From Eremomyces bilateralis CBS 781.70 (Eukaryota): 64,000 nt of DNA. Below are positions 48,771 through 59,760 of this stretch, in pieces. Both the position numbers and the translations under genes were made by a program. Position 1 is the stretch's first letter. Every line of letters begins with the position of its first letter. The stretch lies in NCBI GenBank assembly GCA_010015585.1, contig ML975156.1. One strand, 5' to 3'. A model generated the notes under the pieces. That model did no database searches. It was given only the letters and a program-made list of their open reading frames with translations, and had not been told where the DNA came from.

Positions 48771-49094
48771 GATGTATTGTCGTGTTATGAATTGCGCAGA
48801 GAATTGCCCAACTCAGCATTATGAATCATGAATCTTTTGAGGTCATCAATTAATTGCATACATGGTATCTGTCGTCCGTCTAGACCCGGCTAACAGAATG
48901 GCTGACCAATCGATGGCAACATGAATCCACTGGACGTTCGCCTTGTATCGGAGGTTATCGGTAAATAATTAAATATCAATGAGTCAACTATTCCCTACAG
49001 TATTGAGATGGGCATCCAACTGATAAATTCAAGGCGTGAGGGAGAAGAGATCGAAATCAAAAGGGTAGGACCGTGTTCTACCTGCTGAACTAAC

Positions 49095-50562
49095 ATGAAA
49101 TCGGGAAAATACACGATCGAGGAGGCTCGACAATTAGATGCCGCAGATCCTCTCGGCCACCTCCGTGAGGAGTTCACCATTCCGTCCAAGGGTGACCTCA
49201 AACGAAGGAACCTGAAGCATGATGGCGACAAAGAGCCCGGAGACGAAGATCCATCCATTTATCTCTGCGGCAACTCGCTGGGCTTGCAGCCGAAAAGGAC
49301 CACGGAATACATTGACAGATATCTAAAGACTTGGGGGACGCAGGGCGTGTACGGTCACTTCAAGGAGTTCGACGATGCGTTGACGCCTCCCTGGGTTGAT
49401 ATCGATCTTGCAGCTAGGGGGCGAATGGCGACGGTCGTTGGTGCGAACGAAGAGGAGGTCGCCATAATGGGCACCCTCACAGCGAACCTGCATTTCTTGC
49501 TGGCAAGCTTTTACAAACCCACCAAGGAGAAGTACAAAATCATAATCGAGGGGAAGGCCTTCCCCAGTGATCATGTAAGCCACATTTGCACTCTTGCATT
49601 ACGCTAGAGTCGAGGTTGAGACTCACTGGCTACAGTATGCGGTCCTCTCTCAACTCGCTCATCACTCCTTGCCGGCGGAAGCGCTGATAACCATCGATCC
49701 CCCTGACCCAGAGATACATTACCTTCCGCTGGACCACATTTTGTCTACCATCTCCGCCCATGCGTCTGAAACCGCTCTCGTCCTCCTCCCTGGGGTGCAT
49801 TACTACAGCGGCCAATTCCTCGAGATCCAGAAGATCACCGCTCATGCCCACGGTCTTGGCATCACTATCGGATGGGATCTCGCTCACGCAGTGGGCAATG
49901 TGCCTCTTGCGCTGCATGATTGGGACGTAGACTTCGCGACATGGTGCAGCTACAAGTACCTCAACGCCGGCCCTGGCGCGATTTCCGGCCTCTTTGTGCA
50001 TGGAAAGCACGGTGAGGTGGTGCGGAGCCCCAGCGCCACGGAGAGCGAGACTGAGCAGTTCGAGTACACTCCAAGGTTCTCAGGGTGGTGGGGGAGCGAG
50101 AAATCCACGAGATTTCGGATGGAGCCTGTTTTCCGACCTATCCCTGGCGCTGCCGGGTGGCAAGTGAGCAATCCGAGCGTACTGGATACGACGTCGTTGG
50201 CTGCCAGTCTGTCGGTGTTTGCCAGGACGAGTATTGCATCCCTCAGGGAAAGGAGTCTACAGTTAACGCAATACCTGGTGGAATTGCTCGACCATGCAGA
50301 AGATGGAGACACCGCTCAGGGGTATAGGATTATCACTTCCAGGAATCGCGATGAGCGAGGGGCACAGATCAGCATCAAGCTAGACGAGGGATTATTGGAT
50401 AAAGTGATGGAGATACTCGAGAAGGAGGCCGTGGTGGTGGATGAGCGGAGACCAGACGTGGTCCGGGTTGCACCAACCCCTTTATATAATACTTTTGAGG
50501 ATGTTTGGAACTTTGTAAAGATATTCCGGGCGGCCTGTAAGGACGCAATCGCTGCCGCTTAA
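49095..50562 (+). CDS. BNA5: Kynureninase (PLP-dependent)
   Basis: Exons 49095-49574 and 49636-50562. Motifs YLCGNSLGLQP, AFPSDHYA, GWDLAHAVGN, WCSYKYLNAGPG, RVAPTPLYN. Confidence 0.96.
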
Positions 50563-50607
50563 CAAGAGAAGACGACACCGAGCCGCTGTGGTTGGATTTC
50601 AACCCGG

Positions 50608-53133
50608 TCAATCAACTGCGAGATCTTCCACCCTTACGAGCCCGCTACCCATTCCTGCAGCGGCCCACGTGCCGTACTTCAAGTTCGGATTCCAGGATAC
50701 TCTCGTAACCGCCGTCTCTTCCTCATATATTGTAGAGAAGAGGACGCCATTCGCTTGGTTCAGAAAGCCAACACCTTCCCCTGCCACAATATTCGTCTTC
50801 TCCGGTTTGAACCCTTCGATAAACCGACTCATGGGTCGTTTGAGAAGTTCCTCTCGCCATCGCCCATCCATTCCTGGTCCATCGTTAGGGACTGGTAATT
50901 CTTGGATGGTAAGCGGGTCGCCTGGACGTCCGACATTTTGACGAGTGAACCCTTTCTTCTTCGGTTTTGAGGCTTTCGACGTTTTTTGCGTAGCGGTTGT
51001 CTCACTCGGTTTGCTCTTGCTTTGCTCGTCCTCCAGGACCAGATGGGGAATTTGACTGTCTCCTGCTTGAGAATCTTTGTGTGCATTCCCATTTGTGCCA
51101 GCGCCATTCAATCCCCTCTCTCTAACATCTTGTCCCTTCTTATTAGTTTGAAGGCCGTCCCTCCACTCATGCTTGAACCACATCGACTTCCATGCTCCAG
51201 TTCCCGCCTTTGGCTCCTGAAGTCGATCGAAGATCGTCGTCCCAATCGCGAAACCGTCCGCGCAACCAGATAGTACGGTCAAGTGTAATGGCGTCGTTGC
51301 TAAGTCCAGAGCCGGCGAGCCGAGGCCCACCATTCTGTATTCCTGCTGTACACGTCGTATTGGCACAGCTTTTAGGAAATGGTTCTCATCAGTAAGCACC
51401 AGGCTTTGCGAGACATCCTGAAATGCAAAAACGTGGTGTCCGAACCGTGACCGCTGGGAGGTAACCTGGTCCGCAGATGCAAAGGCAGACGATGGACCTT
51501 GGCATTTCGACAAATCGGTGAGGATATAGTAGCCTGACATGGATGCGCTGGCGAGGAGGTTCGGCCTGGACGGATGAAGCGATACCACATGCTGAACATA
51601 TGTTTGGTGAACTGGGTGGTAGAAAAAGGGTCTAACGGATTCGGCAGGGCGGGGAAACGGTGAAGAGATGTAATTCGACAGATCCCAGATAGCGACGTAG
51701 CCATTGGCACATCCGACGGCCAAGCACTTGGGCGAGAGCCAGGCAACACAGGTGCAGACGGTGTCTGGCGGTCGAGATTCAAAAACCGCGGACTCCAAAC
51801 GCACGAACTGTATCGTTTCCTGGTCTTTCGCGATGCAGACTGTGAGGACTCGGACACAGCCATCAGACCATACTCCAGCAAGGAATCCAAGGTCAACTGT
51901 GCTGGCGTCGGGGTCTATTTCCAAGTCGCTTCGCTGCATTGGACACCACTTCAACTGTCGAGGCGTCCCCCACTCAAAGCAAAACACACTCTTAAGACGC
52001 GGATGTTGAGATGAATTCATAACTCTGCCGTTGTCCCGGCTGGACGATGACGGAACCTGCCAGATCTGGAATGATGAGGAATATGGTGGTTGCGGTGCAA
52101 ATGCTCTGGCGGGAGAGTCCCCAACGCTGGCCTCGAAAGACTGCTGCGTGTGCTCGTGTGCTGTATGAAAGGCGGACACCAGTATGTATTGATCATTCCC
52201 GGAATGATGAGGCACCCATTCTAAGCAGTGTATCCTCGCACCGATATTTAATATCCAGCCATTCCTGGTCATGTTGCTAGGAGACGTGTCGATGGTCGGT
52301 CCTCCAGCCCCAGATTCAGAAGCAGTTCCCCAAGCATCGCCCAACGGCATCGATTGGCCATATTGAATGTCGAACAACTTTTGGGATTTGACAGGGCCCA
52401 TTAGTATAGGGAGAGACTCGTATTTCGCCTTCGGAAGGTACCGTCGCCCATCTATGGCATCGATTGAGATCATCCGTTGCTGCTCCTTGAAGGTCTCTGC
52501 ACCTCCTCTTTCATAATACCATCGCCAGCCCTCGGTTGCCTCCCGCCGCTGTTGGTCAATCGAGTAGTAGAAGCTCTGATGTAACTCTTGCCGGAGAGGC
52601 CATATGAATTGGTTGTGCCATTGATCACGCGCTTTGTTCAAAGCTACTAGGTCCTCGTCGCCAGTGCCCCAAGTAAGAAGGATTTTCAAATGTCTAGAGC
52701 CGTTTTTTCGAGGATCGAGTAGCCCCTGGACGTGGAGTTCGTCCTCCTCGTTTGAACCGCCTTTGCCTAGGCGATCGTGCAACCAAAGTCCAGAGCGACC
52801 CTTTCTTCTCATTCTTGAAATCTTCGACTCCTCCCTCTTCTCTCCGGACCCAATAGATCCATCGATTGACAGTCCATCCGTCTTCCCTTCGCTTGCGTCA
52901 GAAACCGAACCATCCTCTATGCCATCAGAATGATACTCGTCCTCCTCTTCGCTTGCGGCAACTTGCTCCTCTTTCGTCACATCGTAAGGTTCATCTTCTT
53001 CGGTGATCTCGGCTACGTCTTCTTCAATCGCGTCGTTCTCGGATTCCGACGAGAATATGTCGAGGCCGTGGAATACATCATTGCTGTACTTGACGTTGGA
53101 TCGACTGGCCCTGACAGATTTTCGAACAGGCAT
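50608..53133 (-). CDS. WD40 TFIIIC subunit (Tfc6/Sfc6-like)
   Basis: Acidic N-terminus, WD-like blades (LAVGCANGYVAIWDL), and C-terminus VSWNPNLKYGTWAAAGMGSGLVRVEDLA typical of fungal Tfc6 homologues. Confidence 0.75.
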   Translation of the reverse strand: MPVRKSVRASRSNVKYSNDVFHGLDIFSSESENDAIEEDVAEITEEDEPYDVTKEEQVAASEEEDEYHSDGIEDGSVSDASEGKTDGLSIDGSIGSGEKREESKISRMRRKGRSGLWLHDRLGKGGSNEEDELHVQGLLDPRKNGSRHLKILLTWGTGDEDLVALNKARDQWHNQFIWPLRQELHQSFYYSIDQQRREATEGWRWYYERGGAETFKEQQRMISIDAIDGRRYLPKAKYESLPILMGPVKSQKLFDIQYGQSMPLGDAWGTASESGAGGPTIDTSPSNMTRNGWILNIGARIHCLEWVPHHSGNDQYILVSAFHTAHEHTQQSFEASVGDSPARAFAPQPPYSSSFQIWQVPSSSSRDNGRVMNSSQHPRLKSVFCFEWGTPRQLKWCPMQRSDLEIDPDASTVDLGFLAGVWSDGCVRVLTVCIAKDQETIQFVRLESAVFESRPPDTVCTCVAWLSPKCLAVGCANGYVAIWDLSNYISSPFPRPAESVRPFFYHPVHQTYVQHVVSLHPSRPNLLASASMSGYYILTDLSKCQGPSSAFASADQVTSQRSRFGHHVFAFQDVSQSLVLTDENHFLKAVPIRRVQQEYRMVGLGSPALDLATTPLHLTVLSGCADGFAIGTTIFDRLQEPKAGTGAWKSMWFKHEWRDGLQTNKKGQDVRERGLNGAGTNGNAHKDSQAGDSQIPHLVLEDEQSKSKPSETTATQKTSKASKPKKKGFTRQNVGRPGDPLTIQELPVPNDGPGMDGRWREELLKRPMSRFIEGFKPEKTNIVAGEGVGFLNQANGVLFSTIYEEETAVTRVSWNPNLKYGTWAAAGMGSGLVRVEDLAVD

Positions 53134-54156
53134 TTTGCAAGCCACACAAATGATTTGAGTTAGTAAACAGTGACCGTTAGATTGTCGGATCTATGCGCGG
53201 ACTGGTAGCGTGGCTGATCGAATGGAAGTGGTTCTGCACTTGATCGCAAAGACAGGACACGAAATCAAATCAAGAGATAAGTAATTGAAATCTGCGCAAG
53301 GAAGGCGTGAACGATATGAGTGGCATTCCTTTTGCATGTCTTGGAGCATTTCACACATCAGTTGCGTTATTGGCCATCAATCTCAACTACGTTCCGTCTC
53401 TCGAGGCATTATTGCCAAAGACTTGATCGTTGGATAACGCGCAGATCCAGCATATGTGTACGTATCAACGCCCAGGACTCCAGGTACATAGAGGATTCGG
53501 ATTCCCCTAATCGGGCTAGTCGAGTTCGACGAGTAAAGGCAGGTTTGAAAATCGGAAGGGAAGGGGTAGAGCTCCCAGTGTGCAATGATTTATGAAGAAG
53601 TTGGTTGTCAAATCCATCAGAACTGTCAAATGAGTATATTAAGGGTCCAAGCTCATCACGATCAACCATATTGGAGAAATTCACAGCAAATGTATTATGC
53701 TAGTAACGATTATAGTCACTTATGCTCACAGTTAATAATTTGAGAGTTTAAAAATTGACCTTGACGTATGACCACCCCCTGATACGGGCAACTTTGCCAT
53801 CCGTGAGCATTGTCTGCTGAGGATGCTCTTGGGCGGAACAATGCTGCCGGGTAGCAGTCGTCGTTTTAAAGCGGTCTCCGAGGCAGATGGAACGAAGAAC
53901 TTGATAAAATGAATATATCACTAGCCCTCGCCACATCGAAGTACAATTGCAATGTTATACCATCTATCCTAAAGATGCCAGCTACAGCAGAGGACGGATG
54001 TTCCCTCGCTTAGGATTTGATCATCGCATTTCATCCATATCATTCGAGCGCATCCGATGCGTCCCCCTCCTAGGACCAATCCGCCAATGCTGGATGTGCG
54101 AAGAATGCACGCATGACCTCTCGGCTCTCCTCCATGAGCCCTGCCATGTGACCCTC

Positions 54157-54858
54157 CTAATACCCTTGTCCTTTCAAGTAATCGGCGAGATTCTCAACCG
54201 TTGCCGTGGCATTCGGCAGTTGTACGGTGTCGGGATGGTGAGCAATCAATAAGGCTTGGTTCGTTTTTGCGATAACCAGGCCTTCTCGGCCCTGGATAAG
54301 AAGGTCTGTTAGTTGCCATTTTTCAAGGAACGCTGCGGATAGGAAGCTAGTGTAGCAAAACCAGGGGGAAAACACACCTTCTTCAACCGCAAGCTTCCCT
54401 CGGTATTGACAATGATGTACTTCTCTCCTTGAATGACTAAAGACGTGATACCAGAATCCTCTTTGAGTGCCTTTATGATCTCCGGCATCTCCTTCGAAGG
54501 TTCAATCTATGTGCGAATGTTAGTCTCCAGGTTTGTTCAGGGACCGGTTTCGCGAGACTGCGGCCTATGGGAATGCGTATCCAAATTCGCAGACTCAGGG
54601 CAGCTACGCAACATGTCGGATATCTGGATGACGTACAACAAAGCCTGGTGACGATGCCCAAACCGAGGAGCCATCGGCGGCGAAAATTGCTGCCTTATCG
54701 ATATATTTGCTCCCGATGAGACTGGTAATGGTTTCAGCACTGATTACAATCAATTCCCAAATATCCCGTACCTCTTGTCGATGTAATCTGTTGGCATCGT
54801 AGCTATCAGTCATCTGCCTGGCAATGCAGTCAGAGAGGCACTCACCTTGCCAAGACAT
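54157..54858 (-). CDS. PFY1: Profilin
   Basis: Exons 54858-54846, 54787-54772, 54721-54637, 54506-54378, 54291-54157 give MSWQDYIDKSLIGSKYIDKAAIF...GEKYI...KKGREGLVIAKTNQALLIAH...VENLADYLKGQGY. Confidence 0.94.
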
Positions 54859-56129
54859 GGCTGCGGAATGAACGGAGAGGTGTTCTGTTGTGAGGAGATG
54901 GAAGTTTGAGGATGGAAACAATCTGAAGATCAAATGCAAGACGGCCGGAATAATTTCGAGCAATCTGACACGAGCGAAAGGATAATGAACGGCTTCGTAT
55001 CCGGATATTGTATCAAGTCAGGTTGTGGACATGCGGGACTGAAAGGTGTTTATTGTTCTGTTGGTTTCCTCCACTGAAGGACGTCAGTCACCTGCCCCGC
55101 ACCAGCGATGGACTGGATGCCCTAGGCATCAAGGCATACTCCTTTATTCCTCCATTGTATCCAAGACCAGATCCAACCTGTCATCACGATATATGTACAT
55201 ATCGTATATACGTATTAAATGAGGCTACCTTCCTAATGCACTCCTCGGTCATTCTCATCTGGGAATCTCGGCATCAAGGGCCATCTTATACATCCGTTAA
55301 GCCGAACATCCTCTCTTGCAGCAGGGCCTGCTCGATACCCGGTGTTGGACGGATTGGCGCTTTCGCCTCGGGGACAACCACAATTTGCTGACCGCGTGAA
55401 CTCACTTAGCGTGGGGTTACGAGTTCTGCAGTCTCCTGCTGCGGTTGCGCCATCTTGCAGAATTACATGCTTAGGAAATGGAAAATGGCTGCACTAGGAC
55501 TCCAAGGGAGCTTCTGTTTCAGTGTTTCCTGATCGCGAAATCTGCACTGTTGCCCATGCGCTCCCTCGCTTGATGGTTCTTCCAGCCCACCGACGTGCCG
55601 ACATCTACGGTCTGCACGCACTACGCGTAGAAAGGTACACATACCGGCAACAATCAGAAAGTGTCTCGCAAGTGTTCGGGCCAAGTTTGTGGTGTTGACG
55701 CTCATCTTCAACCCCACCAAAGTGTCCCAAACAGTCGCGGATAGACCCTTTGATTGAACTCGCATTAATATATTGCTTAGCCAGTTTTCGACTCTGATGC
55801 GACTCATGCGAGGGAGAGGTCTATCATTACCAAATTCTAAAAGATCCACTCCCATGGAAATGGATTCCAGGAGCATCAACTAATGCCTCGACGGAGGGTT
55901 GTCAAGACTCTATTCCCTAATGGCTAATATTACCCGGCCCTTTTAATACCAATTCGTGCTGGTGCGAAGCCAAAGTTGCTGCCTTGATGCCTGATACCCT
56001 CAGTTGACCCAAGTCGAGTTGAGTCTGAGTTGAGTCGAGTCATCGGTCAGATATTTCGTATACGCATCAAGCGCAAATTGGCGGAGCTACTCTTCGCAGA
56101 CCTTTCCCACGGGATAAATAAGAAGGACT

Positions 56130-58292
56130 ATGTCTTCCATAATAACATTTGCTGCCAATAATGATCTCTTCCGGAAACGCAAGAGGGTCTTCCGCGCTTG
56201 CGAATCATGCAAGAAACGGCGGGTAGGTCACTCCCCCTTCATAAAACCAGTCATTGCTAACGTAGAGCTAGAAACGCTGCACACACGTCTTTGATGAACC
56301 TGATGCTGTGTCAGCGAATGAACCTCAAGTAAAACTGCCAAGAAAGGCCCCATCAAGTCCCCAAGCTCAAGGACAAGGTGGCATAGTCGTGAAGAGCCAG
56401 GTGAAGTCAACAGGAAATCTATTTAAGGCCTCCGTTCTGAACGGCGATGGCCACGAAACACCGTCGGGATCACAAAAGAGGTCAAAGTCGCCAGTACCTC
56501 CTCGATTTTATGGATATCTGCATCCCGAGACGGAATTACGGCACCAGATCCGTGATCAGAGTCGCAACCCGCAGGTTCTCCGTCACCAATGCGGCTATTG
56601 GATTCAGACAGAGGATGGCTCGGAGATGCCAGCGGCTGGATTACCTCGCGAGTCACTCGCTCTGTCAGACCTGAGCAATTCTGCGCAAGAGGCTCTTTCT
56701 AAGTACCTACATGCGGTTGACTTCGGTATTTGTCCACCTCGGCAACATCAGGATGCCATGCTGGAAATTTTCTTTTCTTTCGTCCACCCACTCCTTCCAG
56801 TGGTAGAGAAGGATGTATTTCTCAAGCAATATGCCGAGAGGTCCGAACCACGGCTGCTACTACAGGTTCTTTGCATCATCGCATCCAAACATGATCAGGC
56901 GAGGAAGCATTTGTACCTTGGTCAATCAACGGAACTCCTTTCACCCCGCGATTTCGCTCAGAGGCTGTATAAGTCTGTTTGTGCCGCATTGGATGCTCGA
57001 CAGGAGCCGAATAGGATTGTGTTAATCCAGATTAACGCCCTCCTGTCCATGTATTCGGAAGGATATGATGGTTTCGAGCAAGCATCCTTCCATCTTGTCA
57101 CCGCAATTCATCACGCCCATACGATCGGACTCCAATTTGGGAGGGCACGCCAGTCGCATCATGACGAGTATCTCGATAACCTTTGGTGGTGTTTGTGGTC
57201 CCTCGACCGCGTTACTGCATTCACCTGTGGCCGTCCGCTGAGTATCAATGACCGAGACAACCGTCTGGACAAGATCACGACCCAAGAGGATCGGAAGTAC
57301 ACACCGTTTGGTATCTGGCTGCAGCTTTGTGAAAACGTTGACACGGTCATCAACTACTACAGGCCGACTAATGAACCTCTGACAAACAATGGCTGGGAGA
57401 GCAATTTCCCTGCATTTGAAGACTTTCTAGGAGGCGATGAACGAGTAGTTCAAATAGACCCTACTCTTCTCGGTATGCCACTCTCTTTCCATCGTCAAAG
57501 TTGTAAACTAACAAGTGCTATGTAGCCGCACTGGAGTTGTTCTATTATGCTGTCGCGATGACAACATACACGTCGAGATCCTTGAATGATCCCGAAAGGG
57601 GTTCCCCAGCCTATCTTCGCCAAAGTCATTCAGCCGACAAAGTAAGATGCATCTTAGGTTCTAGAAGTCATGAGAACCTCCCTCCAGTATCTATCATCCC
57701 TTATGCACTCTCGGTTGCCACCTCCGTCTCGTATCGTCACTACAGACAGGCTCAAATCCAACGGAAAAAGGAAGAGGCCCTTCAAGAGCTTACGACATGT
57801 TGTGTCTTGCTACGAAGGATGAGATACCAATGGTGGTCTGCCGCCGCTATGGCCGAACTCGCCTCCGCCGCGCTTGCCAAGGCCGATCGACAAGCAGAAG
57901 CGGCACGACAGCCTTCTGTTGATGAACAGCAGAAAAACGAACCGGAGTCTCGCTTACATGCACTTGCCGCCCTGGCTCATGCCCAACCGGTAGATTCAGA
58001 TCCGATGAATCGGCCATACACATCTTCTTCTGCCGCTGGAGGGAGTAAGATCCCTTCAACGATAACCTCGTCATTCCCTAATTTTAGCGCGACCCCCACA
58101 ATGAGTCCATTGACACCACAGTTGGGCACTGCCACGATGGATCTGACCGACTCCCTCGACTGGCTAAACTTCGACAATTGCTTCGACAATATGGATACGC
58201 TTCTTGGTAGCTCAGGGGCCGACATGTCAATGGAGATGTTGCGACCGTTTGATGATGGTGGACTTGGATTACTAGAATTCCCGCAACAGTAG
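56130..58292 (+). CDS. Fungal-specific transcription factor (Fungal_trans domain) with truncated zinc cluster
   Basis: Exons 56130-56222, 56272-57472, 57526-58292. Motifs RKRVFRACESCKKRRKRCTH, FFSFVHPLLPVV, AIHHAHTIGLQ, LWWCLWSLDR...GRP. Confidence 0.85.
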
Positions 58293-58530
58293 ATATTTCT
58301 TCTGGCTGCCTCCCTTTTACGATTCCATTGAATAGCCTCCATGGTCGCACCGACAGATGGATCTGAAGCATATCACTCGGCTTCGAAAGCTCCCGGTCAT
58401 TTATGAAGGCACCTTTCCGCCTGGGATTGGTGAATCCCGAGAATAAACTCTAGTGAGTCGGAAAGTTGATGACACATCCCATCATTTGCGAGGTTGGAAT
58501 GGTGTTACCAATTCCCGGCCGTGGAGGGAC

Positions 58531-59760
58531 CTAGCTCGCCTCTACTCGGACCGGATACTTCTCCAGACTCTCGTACCACTGGATCACACTTCCGATCAAG
58601 AAAGCCCAGCTGCCCCAGAACGTTGAGCAGCTTGCTTGGTACTGGGCCCAGCTATCGGTATCGTACCCGAAGGCAGGACAGATGGTGAACCCGATCCCTC
58701 CGATAAGATTCCAAAATCCAATATGCCAGCCAAGCACACCGAAGGCTGGCTTCCACCACTTCTTCTGTGTCTCAAGCATGAACAAGGTGCCAGAGATGAT
58801 GAATCCCGTGCCACCGACGACTTGAGGAGTCCAATAAATTCCGTCTTCTAGGCCAGGGGACATTTTGTTGAGAATCCCGGGCAAGGCAGTAAATCCCGAG
58901 ATCCAAAAGACCGTCGCGCCGATCAATTGAGAGAAGCAGGCCACGAAACCGATCTCGTGGAAGAAGTGCTTCTTCAGGTCATACCACGACGGCGACCATA
59001 TCCACACCAGATTATCCGCTGGCTTTCCGGTTTCTTTCCGCCCTTCTTCTACGCTCCTTGACCGCCCGGCTTTCTTTCTAAAGATATTCCAAGTCTTTTG
59101 GTGATGATGGATACAGTGCTCAATTGCCGGCTCCACTGGCCTGGCTGCTTCGTCCAATGCCTCGTGGACTGCCCACCCAAAACACCCGTCCCGGTTCTCA
59201 TTGAGGGCTTCTAGAATCAGCAAGATACTGCCAATTTCGAATATCGTTGCTCCAATGAATGCTGTCACACCACCTCCTACAAGCTCCTCTCCCTTGAACT
59301 CGCTCTTCGGTCGGATGAGCGGGAGAAAGTTGAAGAACCCATTAATGCACCATATTACACTCCCAAGGGTGAATATGACCGCTACGAGATATGAAATATC
59401 AAAGACCGGTGCCTTGGTGAACATCCGTGATATCCCTCGCAAAGTAGAGCGAATCGATCCGGTTACGGGTATCATGTCAAGAGTTTGACTAGGGTGCGTA
59501 CGTTGAATAGAAAGTTCATGCCGGCCTTTGCGGTTATTTCGAGGCTTCCAGACGTACGTCACCAGCGGTCCTGGTTTTGCTCTTGGATGCCCTTGGGCGA
59601 ACTGATGAGCATCTTTGTCGCCTTCCTTTTGGACCCGAAACAAGGCACGGGTCGGGTTCGCGAAATGTAAGGGGCCATTCGTCGCATTCGGGACGGCCTT
59701 TAGCTCCGGATGAACATGAAATGGCTTGTGTCCGTGTTGGAAATGTCCGTTTCGACCCAT
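58531..59760 (-). CDS. Conserved-looking fungal integral membrane protein of unknown function
   Basis: 409-aa intronless ORF with about 6 hydrophobic helices and repeated F.IGS/GA..F motifs (FTLGSVIW, FIGATIFEIGS, LIGATVFWISG, FLIGSVIQWYE). Confidence 0.8.
   Translation of the reverse strand: MGRNGHFQHGHKPFHVHPELKAVPNATNGPLHFANPTRALFRVQKEGDKDAHQFAQGHPRAKPGPLVTYVWKPRNNRKGRHELSIQRTHPSQTLDMIPVTGSIRSTLRGISRMFTKAPVFDISYLVAVIFTLGSVIWCINGFFNFLPLIRPKSEFKGEELVGGGVTAFIGATIFEIGSILLILEALNENRDGCFGWAVHEALDEAARPVEPAIEHCIHHHQKTWNIFRKKAGRSRSVEEGRKETGKPADNLVWIWSPSWYDLKKHFFHEIGFVACFSQLIGATVFWISGFTALPGILNKMSPGLEDGIYWTPQVVGGTGFIISGTLFMLETQKKWWKPAFGVLGWHIGFWNLIGGIGFTICPAFGYDTDSWAQYQASCSTFWGSWAFLIGSVIQWYESLEKYPVRVEAS

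Noticed and set aside
53134..53600. Search for an ETC6-like autoregulatory B box upstream of the Tfc6-like gene
   Set aside because: Only imperfect matches (GATCGAATG, GTTCGACGA), lacking the conserved C.
54507..54636. 130-nt profilin intron considered as a TPP riboswitch host
   Set aside because: Lacks the conserved aptamer core (CTGAGA...GATCTGGATAATACCAGCG-like).
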